Part shown: positions 1-9,702 of the stretch, in pieces
How positions within the stretch are numbered: position 1 is the first letter of the stretch
Layout: the number at the start of each line of letters is the position of its first letter
Source of the DNA: Polyangiales bacterium
Lineage (GTDB): Bacteria > Myxococcota_A > Polyangia > Polyangiales > Polyangiaceae
DNA length: 64,000 bases
Assembly (NCBI GenBank): GCA_038230375.1
Contig: JBBRNJ010000002.1
Coordinates: 64,001-128,000 of the forward strand
Reading direction: 5' to 3'
The notes under the pieces: model-generated
What the model saw: the letters and a program-made list of their open reading frames with translations, nothing else
Told to the model about the DNA's origin: nothing
Database searches by the model: none
Program-made: the position numbers and the translations under genes

Positions 1-2021
1 GAGGGAGGCAGCGCCTCCTCGCCGGCCTTGGCCGCCCGCTCCGCGTCGTCGAAGCGGCCCTGGATCAACGCAAGCGAGATGTCCATCGACGCCGCCGTGA
101 GCGGCTTTTGCGGCGGGGCAGCCACGTCGACGGTATGGAGGAGCGCCTGCTTGACGCCCTCGTATTGCGTACCGGTGGCCTGCAGCGTGTCCGCGAGCGC
201 GAGCCGCGCGCGGACGCTCGTCGGGTCCATTTCCACCCACGCCTCTGCGTCGGTCTTCGCGCGCGCACACTCACCCGACGTGGCGTAGATGTTCTGCTCG
301 TCCTCCAGGCAGCTCACCGCGAATGGCGACTTGCCAAGGCAGCTCCGGTAGACGTCGAGTGCCTCTGACGGGTGTCCCATGGAGCGCTCGGCATCGCCCA
401 GTCCGTCCATGGCCGGAATGAAGTCAGGCGCAACACGCAGCGCGTTTCCGAACGCCGTCCGCGCGTCGTCGAACTTGAGCTGCTTCATCCGGGCGATGCC
501 AAGGTAGTAGAGCGCCTCGGAGTCCTTCGGATGGAGCTTCACCGCGCGGAGGAGGCGCGTCTCCCATTCGGCGAGATCGGGCGTGGGCCTGACGTACGGC
601 TCGCTCGCCTCGAGCAGCGCGGCTCCGCGCGCGTCCAGGTTCACGCGATGCTGGAATGCCTCCTGGAAATGGAGCTCCGCGCCACGCGGATCGCGCCCGA
701 ACGTGAGCAGCGCGATCTCGAGGTGCGCGAGCGCGAACGTGCCATCCGCGGCGAGCGCCGCCTCGAGCTTGGCCTCGGCCTTGGTCGTCGCGCCGTCGTG
801 GAACAGCTGCATCGCCTCCGTGAAGTCGTGGTCGGCCTCCACGACTGACGAGAGCGGGTGCGCGGTTGCGATCACGGGCTGCGGCTGATTGGTCCTCGGA
901 ACGAGCGCGATGATAGCTGCAGCAGCGGCGATCACACCTGCGGTGATGGTGAGCCCACGACGCGACGCGCGTGGGGCGCGCGGGGGCTCGGGCGGATCGT
1001 CCTTCGGCTTCGGAGGCGAGCTCAGCGTGGCAGGTGCCCTGGTGGTCGCGGCGAACGCGGCGGGCTCCATGGAGGGGCGCGGCGTGACGGTGGGCGTTGC
1101 CTTGCCTGAGTTGCCGGAGTCACGGTTGCGCGGAAGAGCCGACGGCGCGGCGAACGGTTCGATGGTCTCTGCCACGTCGAGCAACGACGCGAAACGCGCC
1201 AGCGGATCCTTCTCGAGCGCACGCATGATCGCGGCGCACACCACCGCGGGCAGCTCCGGCGCGCGCTCGCCGATGTCCGGCGCGGGATCGTTCACGATGC
1301 CGAGGAGCACTGGATAGAGCTCGTTCGCGCGCGCGACCCATGGGCGCTCCCCGGTCAGGAGCTCGAACGCGAGCACGGCCCACGAGAACTGGTCGGTCGT
1401 GGCGGCGAGGTCCGTTCCGCGTAGCTGCTCGGGAGACATGTAGACGGGCGTGCCCGGGATCGCACCGCCGCCCGTCACCGTGTCGATGGGCGCGACGGCG
1501 CTGGACACCGCACGACGGGCGATACCAAGGTCGAGCAGCTTCACGACGCCGTCCTCGCGGACGATGACGTTCTCCGGCTTCACGTCGCGATGGATGATGC
1601 CCGCCTCGTGCAAGGCGGCGAGCGCGCGTGCCGTGTCGCAGAGCCAGCGGAGCTTCTCTGCCCACGGCGCCCCGGAGGTCACCAGCTCCCGCAGCGTCCG
1701 ACCGCGCACGAGCTCCATGGCCATGAAGAAGACGTCCTCTTCCTCGCCGACGTCGAACACACTCACCACGTTGGGGTGGTTGATGGCCGCGGCCGCCCTT
1801 GCCTCACGCAGGAGGCGCGCCCCGAAGTCCTCGCGCGGCTGGTCGCTGCTCGGCATCAGCGAGATGACCTTGAGCGCGACGGTGCGGAGGAGGCGTGCGT
1901 CGTGCGCGCGATACACCGCGCCCATGCCGCCGCGACCGAGCAGCCCCTCGACCACGTACGGACCGACCTTGGCGCCCTCCGCGAGGTCGCTGAGCTGAGA
2001 GGGCTCCGTGGGGTTGGGCAT
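1..2021 (-). CDS. Serine/threonine protein kinase with TM segment and probable C-terminal TPR repeats (runs off window start)
   Basis: Manual minus-strand translation from ATG at 2021: MPNPTEPSQ...LLGRGGMGAVYRAHD...VALK, then IIHRDVKPEN, KLLDLG, GTPVYMSPEQ; hydrophobic segment near 890-950; not in the ORF track because no stop lies in the window. Confidence 0.9.
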   Translation of the reverse strand, partial: MPNPTEPSQLSDLAEGAKVGPYVVEGLLGRGGMGAVYRAHDARLLRTVALKVISLMPSSDQPREDFGARLLREARAAAAINHPNVVSVFDVGEEEDVFFMAMELVRGRTLRELVTSGAPWAEKLRWLCDTARALAALHEAGIIHRDVKPENVIVREDGVVKLLDLGIARRAVSSAVAPIDTVTGGGAIPGTPVYMSPEQLRGTDLAATTDQFSWAVLAFELLTGERPWVARANELYPVLLGIVNDPAPDIGERAPELPAVVCAAIMRALEKDPLARFASLLDVAETIEPFAAPSALPRNRDSGNSGKATPTVTPRPSMEPAAFAATTRAPATLSSPPKPKDDPPEPPRAPRASRRGLTITAGVIAAAAAIIALVPRTNQPQPVIATAHPLSSVVEADHDFTEAMQLFHDGATTKAEAKLEAALAADGTFALAHLEIALLTFGRDPRGAELHFQEAFQHRVNLDARGAALLEASEPYVRPTPDLAEWETRLLRAVKLHPKDSEALYYLGIARMKQLKFDDARTAFGNALRVAPDFIPAMDGLGDAERSMGHPSEALDVYRSCLGKSPFAVSCLEDEQNIYATSGECARAKTDAEAWVEMDPTSVRARLALADTLQATGTQYEGVKQALLHTVDVAAPPQKPLTAASMDISLALIQGRFDDAERAAKAGEEALPP

Positions 2022-2157
2022 GCGTGCGGACGAAGTATAGGCCAGGCGAGAGAAACGCTGGGCCAGAACGGGCGCTCCCCCAGATTTGCTTGAGACAACG
2101 GAATCCGTCTGCTATTCCCACCACTCTTCGTTTTTACCGTCCGAAGGAATCCAGGAA

Positions 2158-2400
2158 ATGTCGACGTCTGACGCGATTCAGTGCAAGCCCCTCGAAGTGG
2201 TCGTCAGCGACCGCGGCATCGAGCGTGCGATCAAGATGCTCAAGCGAAAGCTTGCCTCCGAGGGCGTGCTCCGCGAGCTCAAGATGCGCCGCCACTACAT
2301 GAAGCCGAGCGTCAAGCGCCGCAAGAAGCAGGCTGAGGCCGCCCGTCGTCGCCGCAAGCGCGCGAAGATGGACGCAGCTCCGCCGCCGAACAAGGGTTGA
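2158..2400 (+). CDS. rpsU: 30S ribosomal protein S21
   Basis: IERAIKMLKRK...EGVLRELKMRRHYMKPSVKRRKK signature; ATG at 2158 after a purine-rich AAGGA-containing stretch. Confidence 0.93.
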   Translation: MSTSDAIQCKPLEVVVSDRGIERAIKMLKRKLASEGVLRELKMRRHYMKPSVKRRKKQAEAARRRRKRAKMDAAPPPNKG

Positions 2401-2804
2401 GTAGTTCCCAGGACCCCCCGGACCCCCCGGATCCCCCGGCTTCTCCGGTGCGAACTCCCGGAGGCGGTGATGCTGGTGCGTCCGCCTTGGCGCGGGCGAA
2501 CGCTCGCGTCAGGAAGTTCGTGCGCTCGTACGTCGAGCGCGGCCCCTATGCGCTGTACCCCGAGCCCGAGGTCACGGAGAACGTGATCGTCGGGCTCGTC
2601 CACAATCTGGCCGAGCACGGCAAGATGTACTGCCCCTGCGCCGACGTGGAGTCGTCGAAGGCCCGCGGCCACGAGATGGTGTGCCCGTGCACGCCTCACC
2701 ACGACGACATCAAGCGACAGGGTTACTGCGACTGCGCGCTCTTCGCGTCGCGCGAGTTCGCCGCAGGATCCTGTGATAAACCGGGCCCCGATGAAACTGA
2801 ATGA
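2397..2804 (+). CDS. Ferredoxin:thioredoxin reductase catalytic (beta) subunit-like protein
   Basis: GL..N...HG..YCPC...CPC...GYCDCALF motif pattern; TTG start overlaps the rpsU stop (start uncertain). Confidence 0.82.
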   Translation: MSSSQDPPDPPDPPASPVRTPGGGDAGASALARANARVRKFVRSYVERGPYALYPEPEVTENVIVGLVHNLAEHGKMYCPCADVESSKARGHEMVCPCTPHHDDIKRQGYCDCALFASREFAAGSCDKPGPDETE

Positions 2805-3315
2805 CGCTTGTCCGGCGTTCGAGCTGCCCGGTACGGACGGGAAGATCCACACCCTTGCCTCGTTCGACGGCAAGAAGCTCCTCTGCGTGATCGTGTCCTG
2901 CAACCACTGCCCTTACGTGGTGGCATACGAGGAGCGGATGGTCGCGCTCGCGAAGGCCCACGCGGAGAACGGCGTTGCGTTCATGGCGGTGAACGCGAAC
3001 GACGCGACCCGCTACCCGGACGACGCGATGGAGCCGATGACCGCGCGCGCGAAGGACCGTGGCTTCCCGTTCCCCTACGTTCGCGACGACTCGCAGGCCT
3101 TCGTGCGGGCGCTCGGCGCGCGCTTCACGCCGGAGGTCTTCGTCTTCGACGCCGGGCGGAAGCTCCGCTACCACGGTCGCATCGACGACAACCATCGCGA
3201 CCCCGCGCGCGTGACGTCGAAGGACCTCGAGAATGCCCTCTCTGCCCTCGGCGCTGGTGAGGCTCCGGCCACGCCCGAAACCGTGGCGTTCGGCTGCAGC
3301 ATCAAGTGGAAGTAG
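2791..3315 (+). CDS. Thioredoxin-like redoxin (AhpC/TSA family)
   Basis: CNHCPYV active site, TPEVFVFD, YHGRIDD, C-terminal GCSIKW. Confidence 0.9.
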   Translation: MKLNDACPAFELPGTDGKIHTLASFDGKKLLCVIVSCNHCPYVVAYEERMVALAKAHAENGVAFMAVNANDATRYPDDAMEPMTARAKDRGFPFPYVRDDSQAFVRALGARFTPEVFVFDAGRKLRYHGRIDDNHRDPARVTSKDLENALSALGAGEAPATPETVAFGCSIKWK

Positions 3316-3342
3316 TGGTAGCCTGGACCTCTGGAGCGCCCC

Positions 3343-4308
3343 ATGGAACAGCACGAAAACGGTAATGGGCACATCGCCCCCCATGGCTTCACCACCACTG
3401 CCTCTCGCGGTGCGCGGATGCCGCTCTTCAGCCCGCCGGCGGTGAACGCGGTCGCGGTCGAAGAACGTGCTGCGTCGCTCGCGAAGCGGAGCATCAAGAA
3501 GGGGGCGAAGGTCGCGGGGCTGAAGCTCGCCATCTCCATGATGGACCTCACCACCCTCGAAGGAAAAGACACCGCGGGCAAGGTCCGTCAGATGTGCCGC
3601 AAGGCGGTCACGCCCATGGACTCCGACCCGACGCTCCCGTCGTGCGCCGCGGTCTGCGTGTATCCGAACTTCGTGACCATCGCGAAGGCGGCTCTCGAAG
3701 GCTCCGCCGTGAAGGTCGCCAGCGTCGCCACTGCGTTCCCCAGCGGACAGTCACCACTCCCGGTGAAGCTGGACGACGTGCGCCGCGCCGTGGAGTTCGG
3801 CGCCGACGAGATCGACATGGTGATCGATCGCGGCGCCATGCTGTCGGGCGACTACGCGAAGGTCTTCGACGAGATCGCCGCCACGAAGGAGGCGTGCGGT
3901 CCAGCGCACCTCAAGGTCATCCTGGAGACCGGCGAGCTCGGCTCGTACGACGTGGTCCGCAAGGCGAGCGATCTCGCGATCGCAGCAGGCGCGGACTTCA
4001 TCAAGACCTCCACTGGCAAGATCCAGCCTGCGGCCACGCCTCCGGTCACGCTCGTCATGCTCGAGGCGATCCGCGATCACTTTTATCAGACCGGCGTTCG
4101 CATCGGCATGAAGCCTGCGGGCGGCGTGCGAACGGCGAAGCAGGCGCTCCACTATCTTGTCATCGTCAAGGAGACGCTCGGCGACGCGTGGCTCACGCCC
4201 GATCTGTTCCGCTTCGGAGCGAGCGCGCTCCTGAACGACGTGCTGATGCAGCTCGAGAAGGAGCGCACCGGCAATTACCAGGCGTCCGAAGACTTCTCGA
4301 AGGACTGA
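3343..4308 (+). CDS. deoC: Deoxyribose-phosphate aldolase
   Basis: DLTTLEG, GADEIDMVI, LKVILETGEL, FIKTSTGK, KPAGG, RFGAS; true start may be the downstream ATG at 3418. Confidence 0.95.
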   Translation: MEQHENGNGHIAPHGFTTTASRGARMPLFSPPAVNAVAVEERAASLAKRSIKKGAKVAGLKLAISMMDLTTLEGKDTAGKVRQMCRKAVTPMDSDPTLPSCAAVCVYPNFVTIAKAALEGSAVKVASVATAFPSGQSPLPVKLDDVRRAVEFGADEIDMVIDRGAMLSGDYAKVFDEIAATKEACGPAHLKVILETGELGSYDVVRKASDLAIAAGADFIKTSTGKIQPAATPPVTLVMLEAIRDHFYQTGVRIGMKPAGGVRTAKQALHYLVIVKETLGDAWLTPDLFRFGASALLNDVLMQLEKERTGNYQASEDFSKD

Positions 4309-4313
4309 ACGCT

Positions 4314-5861
4314 ATGACAGACCCCGACCGCACAGCCGACCGCCCCTCAGCCGATCTCGTCAAACGCGAGACCGCCGTGGAGAAGGCTCGTCAAAAAACG
4401 GCGGCCCTCGCCCTGGAGTTCGGTAAGGCCTGGGAGTACGCGCCCGCCCCCGAGACGCCGGACCACATCAAGCTGGAGGAGCGCTACCAGCTCTTCATCG
4501 GCGGGAAGTGGATGCCGCCCAAGAGCGGCAAGTACTTCGACACGGTGAGCCCATCCACGGAGCAGACGCTCGCGCAGGTGGCGGAGGGCAACGCAGAGGA
4601 CGTGGACCGCGCCGTGAAGGCCGCACGTCACGCGTACGACAAGTACTGGGGCAAGATGCGCGGCGCAGAGCGCGCGAAGTACGTCTTCCGCATCGCGCGC
4701 GCGCTGCAGGAGAAGGCGCGCGAGCTCGCCATCGTGGAGACGATGGACGGCGGCAAGCCGATCAAGGAGTCGCGCGACGTGGACATCCCGCTCGCGTCCG
4801 CTCACTTCTTCTACAACGCGGGCTGGGCCGACAAACTGGACTACGCGTTCCATGGTCGCAAGGTGCGCCCGCTCGGCGTGGCCGGGCAGGTGATCCCCTG
4901 GAATTTCCCGCTCCTCATGGCCGCATGGAAGATCGCGCCCGCGATCGCGTGCGGCAACACCGTGGTGCTGAAGCCGGCGGAGACCACGCCGCTCACCGCG
5001 CTCTTGCTCGCGCAGATCATCGAGGAAGCGGAGCTTCCGCCCGGCGTCGTGAACATCGTCACCGGCGCGGGCGAGACCGGCGCTGCGCTCGTGGCTCACC
5101 CCGACGTCAACAAGGTCGCGTTCACCGGGTCCACGGACGTCGGCAAGAAGATCCAGCGCGCGCTCGCCGGCTCCGGCAAGCGCCTCACGCTGGAACTCGG
5201 CGGCAAGGCAGCGAACATCGTGTTCGCGGATGCGCCGCTCGATCAAGCCGTCGAAGGGATTGTCGGCGGCATCTACTTCAACCAGGGCCACGTCTGCTGT
5301 GCAGGCTCGCGCCTCCTGGTCGAGGAGAGCGTGCATGACATTCTCGTGCGCAAGCTGAAGGATCGCATGGCGACCTTGCGGCTCGGCGACCCGCTCGACA
5401 AGAACACGGACGTCGGCGCCATCAACTCGCGCGCGCAGCTGGAGCGCATCAAGGAGCTGGTTCTCAGCGGTGAACGCGAGGGCGCCGAGCGCTTCAGCGC
5501 CCCGTGCGAGCTGCCCGGCAAGGGCTTCTGGTTCCCGCCCACGTTCTTCACGAACGCGTCGCAGTCGTGCCGCATTGCACGCGAAGAGATCTTCGGACCA
5601 GTGCTCACCATCATGACCTTCCGCACGCCCGACGAGGCGATCGAGAAGGCGAACAACACGATGTACGGCCTGTCCGCGGGCATCTGGACGGACAAGGGCT
5701 CCAAGATCTTCCATGTGGCCACGCGCCTGCAGGCGGGCGTGATCTGGGCGAACACGTACAACAAGTTCGATCCCAGCTCGCCGTTCGGTGGATACAAGGA
5801 GAGCGGCTTTGGCCGCGAGGGCGGGCGTCAGGGCCTTGCCGCGTATCTGGAGGTGCAGTGA
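4314..5861 (+). CDS. Aldehyde dehydrogenase (full-length, probably acetaldehyde-oxidising)
   Basis: IPWNFP, KPAE, FTGST, LELGGK, FNQGHVCCAG, EEIFGP, PFGGYKESGFGRE; ATG 4314 follows the deoC stop. Confidence 0.95.
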   Translation: MTDPDRTADRPSADLVKRETAVEKARQKTAALALEFGKAWEYAPAPETPDHIKLEERYQLFIGGKWMPPKSGKYFDTVSPSTEQTLAQVAEGNAEDVDRAVKAARHAYDKYWGKMRGAERAKYVFRIARALQEKARELAIVETMDGGKPIKESRDVDIPLASAHFFYNAGWADKLDYAFHGRKVRPLGVAGQVIPWNFPLLMAAWKIAPAIACGNTVVLKPAETTPLTALLLAQIIEEAELPPGVVNIVTGAGETGAALVAHPDVNKVAFTGSTDVGKKIQRALAGSGKRLTLELGGKAANIVFADAPLDQAVEGIVGGIYFNQGHVCCAGSRLLVEESVHDILVRKLKDRMATLRLGDPLDKNTDVGAINSRAQLERIKELVLSGEREGAERFSAPCELPGKGFWFPPTFFTNASQSCRIAREEIFGPVLTIMTFRTPDEAIEKANNTMYGLSAGIWTDKGSKIFHVATRLQAGVIWANTYNKFDPSSPFGGYKESGFGREGGRQGLAAYLEVQ

Positions 5862-6865
5862 TGGCCGGCGAGAAGACGAAGACCGCGACCCGCGAAGACG
5901 ACGGCACCACGCTGCCTGGCACCGCCGGTCTTCCGCGCGGTGGTCCCATCGCGCGGCACGCCGACAGCGAGGCCCCCGTACCGCGTGTGACCGTGAACAA
6001 GGCGTACAAGATGTACGTCGGCGGCGCCTTCGTGCGCAGCGAATCTGGCCGGTATTTCCAGGTCCGCGGCTCCGCCGTTGGCCACGACCCCGATCCGCCC
6101 ACGGTCAATGTCCCGCGCGCATCGCGCAAGGACGTGCGTGATGCCGTGCTCGTCGCGCACAACGCCAAGGTCGGGTGGGCGGCGCGCACGCCGTTCAACC
6201 GCGGACAGATCCTCTATCGCCTCGCCGAGGTGCTCGAGTCGCGCTCGTCGGAGCTCGAGGCTTCTCTGGTTCGTGGCGGCACGGACGGGGATGAGGCCGC
6301 CGCAGAGGTCGACGCCGCGATCGATCGCGCCGTGTTCTACGCCGGCATGGCGGACAAGGTCTCCGCGCTGGTGGCGACGCACAATCCTGTGTCGGGCCCG
6401 CATTTCGGCTTCAGCATCCCGGAGCCCATGGGCGTGATCGGCGTCATCGCACCGGAGAAGCCCACGCTGCTGGGCCTGCTCTCCACGGTGCTGCCTGTAG
6501 TCACCACGGGCAACACGGCCGTTGCGCTTGCGAGCGAGCTCGATCCGCGCACCGCGATCCTGTTCTGCGAGTGCCTCGCGACCAGCGATTTCCCGGGCGG
6601 CGTGATCAACGTGCTCACGGGACACCCGTTCGAGGTCGCGCCGATCATGGCAAAGCACCGGGAGGTCACTGGCATCGACGCGTGGCTGTCGGACGCCGAG
6701 CTGCGAACACAGGTGGAGCGCCTGAGCGCAGACAGCGTGAAGCGCACGAAGACGCACGCGCCGCGCGATCTCGAGTTCTGGCTCGGAGAGCGCCAGGGTC
6801 AGGGCATCGGCTGGGTGGAGCCGTTCCTGGAGACGAAGACGGTGTGGCACCCGGTCGGGCTATAG
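5861..6865 (+). CDS. Truncated aldehyde dehydrogenase-family protein (no recognisable catalytic domain)
   Basis: KMYVGGAF.RSESGR, EPMGVIGVIAP, GVINVLTG, FLETKTVW; lacks ELGG and the catalytic Cys region; TGATG coupling to upstream ALDH. Confidence 0.85.
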   Translation: MAGEKTKTATREDDGTTLPGTAGLPRGGPIARHADSEAPVPRVTVNKAYKMYVGGAFVRSESGRYFQVRGSAVGHDPDPPTVNVPRASRKDVRDAVLVAHNAKVGWAARTPFNRGQILYRLAEVLESRSSELEASLVRGGTDGDEAAAEVDAAIDRAVFYAGMADKVSALVATHNPVSGPHFGFSIPEPMGVIGVIAPEKPTLLGLLSTVLPVVTTGNTAVALASELDPRTAILFCECLATSDFPGGVINVLTGHPFEVAPIMAKHREVTGIDAWLSDAELRTQVERLSADSVKRTKTHAPRDLEFWLGERQGQGIGWVEPFLETKTVWHPVGL

Positions 6866-7570
6866 AGCTTCGCGTACCGCGTCTTCCAGCGTGAACGCGT
6901 TCTCATAGAGGGCTCGGCCTACGACGACCGCGGCGATCTTCGCGTCACGAAGCGCGCGTATATGCGCGAGCGTTCCCACGCCGCCAGACGCAATGACCTC
7001 CGCCTTGGTCGCGGCCTGCACGGCGAGCGTCATCTCGATGTTCGGCCCCACCTGCGTGCCATCGCGCGAGACGTCCGTGTAGAGGACACCGCCGAGCGGC
7101 ACATCCGACAGCGCGTGCGCGAGCTCCACCGCCGTGATGTTCGACGCCTGCGTCCAGCCCGCCGTCTTCACGATGCCGTTCTCCGCATCGACCGCCACGA
7201 TCACGCGGCCCGGATGCTGCGTGGCGAGCTCACGCACCATCGTCATGTTCTCCGCGGCCGCCGTGCCAAGGACGACCCAGCGTGCGCCGAGCGCCAGATA
7301 GCCTTCGAACGCCTCGCGCGTGCGAACGCCACCGCCTGCCTCCACATCGGGCCCGAAGGCGGCGCAGATCGCGCGCATCGAATCTTGCTCCACCGGCGAC
7401 CCCGACTTGGCGCCGGCAAGGTCCACCACGTGGAGCCGAGTGGCGTGCTTCGCAAACGTGCGAGCGCGGGCAGCGGGATCGTCGTCGTAGACCTTCGCGG
7501 TGGCGTAGTCACCCTTGTGGAGGCGAACGCACTTGCCGGCCAGGAGATCGATCGCCGGGATGACAATCAT
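6860..7570 (-). CDS. hisA: ProFAR isomerase (histidine biosynthesis)
   Basis: MIVIPAIDL..GKCVRL..G, LHVVDL.GA, GGGVR, YTDVSRDG, IASGG. Confidence 0.95.
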   Translation of the reverse strand: MIVIPAIDLLAGKCVRLHKGDYATAKVYDDDPAARARTFAKHATRLHVVDLAGAKSGSPVEQDSMRAICAAFGPDVEAGGGVRTREAFEGYLALGARWVVLGTAAAENMTMVRELATQHPGRVIVAVDAENGIVKTAGWTQASNITAVELAHALSDVPLGGVLYTDVSRDGTQVGPNIEMTLAVQAATKAEVIASGGVGTLAHIRALRDAKIAAVVVGRALYENAFTLEDAVREAL

Positions 7571-8229
7571 GTGCGGGCTCCCTGTGCCTGGTCGATGCGA
7601 GCGACCCACGCGGCGATGAAGGCGAGGCCCACACGCTGGCTCTTCTCGGGGTGGAACTGGACCGCGAGCACGTTCGCCTTCTGCACCGCGCAGACCAGCG
7701 GGCCCCCATAGTCCACGACGGCAGCGACGCACGCGGGGTCCTCGGGCACGGCAACGAAACTATGTGCAAAGTACACCTGTTTGCCGAAGAGCGCCTCGAG
7801 CTCCGTGGTCGGGCGGCTCGCGCCGGCAGGGCGCAGAACGGCGTTCCAGCCGATGTGCGGGAGCTTCAGCGCTGGGCGCTCTCCTTTTGCAGCGCCCGTG
7901 GGGATGCGCGCGACATGCCCCCGAAGGATCCCCAGACCATGTGACCCGGGGGACTCGGCGCTGGTATCGAACAGGAGCTGCAGGCCAAGGCAGATACCCA
8001 GGTAGGGCCGGCCCGTGTCGATGTGACGTCGTAGCGCGTCCCCGAACCCACGGCTGAGCGCGGCTGCGCCATCCCGGAAGGCGCCCTGGCCGGGGACGAT
8101 CACGGCGTCTGCACCCTCCAGAGCGGACGGGTCCGCGACGATCTCAGCCACGGCGCCACACAGGGACACCGCGCGCGCCACGCTTCGCAGGTTTCCGATG
8201 CCCAGATCGCAGACGACCACCCGTGACAT
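7567..8229 (-). CDS. hisH: Imidazole glycerol phosphate synthase glutaminase subunit
   Basis: GNLRSV, PGQGAF, GICLGLQLLF, PHIGWN, YFAHSF, QFHPEKS; ATG at 8229 inside a longer antisense-extended ORF. Confidence 0.95.
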   Translation of the reverse strand: MSRVVVCDLGIGNLRSVARAVSLCGAVAEIVADPSALEGADAVIVPGQGAFRDGAAALSRGFGDALRRHIDTGRPYLGICLGLQLLFDTSAESPGSHGLGILRGHVARIPTGAAKGERPALKLPHIGWNAVLRPAGASRPTTELEALFGKQVYFAHSFVAVPEDPACVAAVVDYGGPLVCAVQKANVLAVQFHPEKSQRVGLAFIAAWVARIDQAQGART

Positions 8230-8320
8230 TTCTGCTGACGCTAGCAAACCCCCAGGAAAAGGGTGCGTTCGCGGAGTTCGCCGTGGTAAACCCGGCCCAA
8301 CTCCCGAGGGGTCCAAATAC

Positions 8321-9616
8321 ATGAACATCACTGTCCGTCGCGCGATCACGTTTCCTTTCCTTGCAACGATGCTGGCCAGCCCATGGCTGCTCCAGTGCGG
8401 CAAGGTCCCGGTTCCGCCGGGTGTGCCCGACCCCACGGGCGGAGCGCTGGCGGCGTGTCCGGACATCTCCACTGCGGAGGCGGCGCTGAAGTCCGACTTC
8501 ACGAAGACGTTCGGCATCAGCGCCGAGGCCGGCGCGAAGCTTCGCGCAGGCGCCGCGGCTGCCATCGAGCTGAAGGGCTTCGCCGACAAGCTGGACGCAG
8601 ACCTGAAGGTCGCGTGCGGCGGTCTCGCGAAGGATCTCGGCGCCGCGGGCGAGCCGAAGGATGGCACCGACGCATGCAACATGGCCGTGAAGGCCATGGG
8701 CGACATCAAGGCGAAGATCGGCGCGGGCGCCAAGTTCGCGCTCGTGATGAAGCCCCCCATGTGCTCCGCGGACATGAACGTCATGACCGACTGCGCCGCG
8801 AACTGCGACGCGAAGATCAAGCCGGGCAGCGTCAAGGCCGAGTGCGAGCCGGGCAAGCTCTCCGGCGAGTGCAGCGGCAAGTGCGAAGGCACCTGCGACG
8901 CGAAGGCGTCCGCCAAGTGCGACGGCGAGTGCAGCGGCACCTGCGACGTGGACATCAAGGGCCAGTGCGGCGGCACCTGCAAGGGCAAGTGCGACGGCAA
9001 GACCACCGGCGCAGGCGCGTCCTGCGCGGGCACGTGCGAAGGCAAGTGCGAGGGCAACGTGAAGGCCGAGTGCAAGGGCAAGTGCGGCGGCAGCTGCCAG
9101 CTCAAGGCGAAGGCCTCGTGCGACGGCACGTGCTCCGGCAAGTGCGACGTCGAGATGAAGGCACCGAAGTGCACGGGCGAGGTCAAGCCGCCGGAGATGA
9201 GCGCAGACTGCAAGGCTCACTGCGACGCGCAGGTCAACGCGAAGATGGAGTGCACGCCCGCCACGATCAGCCTTGCCATCTCCGGCGCGGCGGACGCGAA
9301 GGCCGCGACCAACCTGATTGCGGCCGTGGAGAAGAACCTCCCCGGCATCGTGAAGATCGCCACGGGCATGGGCCCGCGCGCCGCGAAGATGGCCATGAAC
9401 GGCAAGGCCGTCATCGAAGGCCTCGAGGGCAGCATCACGGAGATCGCAAAGACCTCCGGTGACCCCGCGAAGGCCGGCATGATCGGCGGCAAGATCACGG
9501 CCTGCGTCGGTGGCACGTTCAAGGACGCCGTCACGGCAGCAGGCGGCATCAGCGCCAACGTCGACGTCTCGGTGAAGGTCCAGGCCTCCGCGTCAGGCAG
9601 CGCCTCGACCAAGTAG
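8321..9616 (+). CDS. Cysteine-rich exported protein / probable lipoprotein with CxGxCxGxC repeats
   Basis: Signal-like N-terminus ending LLQC; strongly GC3-biased codons; six CxGxCxGxC units. Confidence 0.85.
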   Translation: MNITVRRAITFPFLATMLASPWLLQCGKVPVPPGVPDPTGGALAACPDISTAEAALKSDFTKTFGISAEAGAKLRAGAAAAIELKGFADKLDADLKVACGGLAKDLGAAGEPKDGTDACNMAVKAMGDIKAKIGAGAKFALVMKPPMCSADMNVMTDCAANCDAKIKPGSVKAECEPGKLSGECSGKCEGTCDAKASAKCDGECSGTCDVDIKGQCGGTCKGKCDGKTTGAGASCAGTCEGKCEGNVKAECKGKCGGSCQLKAKASCDGTCSGKCDVEMKAPKCTGEVKPPEMSADCKAHCDAQVNAKMECTPATISLAISGAADAKAATNLIAAVEKNLPGIVKIATGMGPRAAKMAMNGKAVIEGLEGSITEIAKTSGDPAKAGMIGGKITACVGGTFKDAVTAAGGISANVDVSVKVQASASGSASTK

Positions 9617-9632
9617 TCACGAACCACGCAAT

Positions 9633-9669
9633 GAGAGCGCCGCGGTCCTGCCTGGATCGCGGCGTTTTC
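9633..9669 (+). terminator. Stem-loop between convergent genes (probable intrinsic terminator)
   Basis: GAGAGCGCCGCGGTCC / GGATCGCGGCGTTTTC inverted repeat with G-U pairs, followed by T-rich bases. Confidence 0.65.
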
Positions 9670-9702
9670 CATTTCCCGGAGGGCCTCGTCGCGCGGTGCG
9701 CG

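Noticed and set aside
3594..4313. Apparent N-terminal extension of the ALDH overlapping deoC
   Set aside because: Off-frame stop-free stretch typical of high GC; real start at 4314
8865..9170. CRISPR-like periodic DNA repeat
   Set aside because: Periodicity is codon-level within an ORF; no identical repeats with unique spacers and no cas genes
7567..9213. 548-aa ORF suggesting HisH with a long His/Pro/Ser-repeat N-terminus
   Set aside because: The extension is the antisense shadow of the Cys-rich gene; hisH starts at ATG 8229
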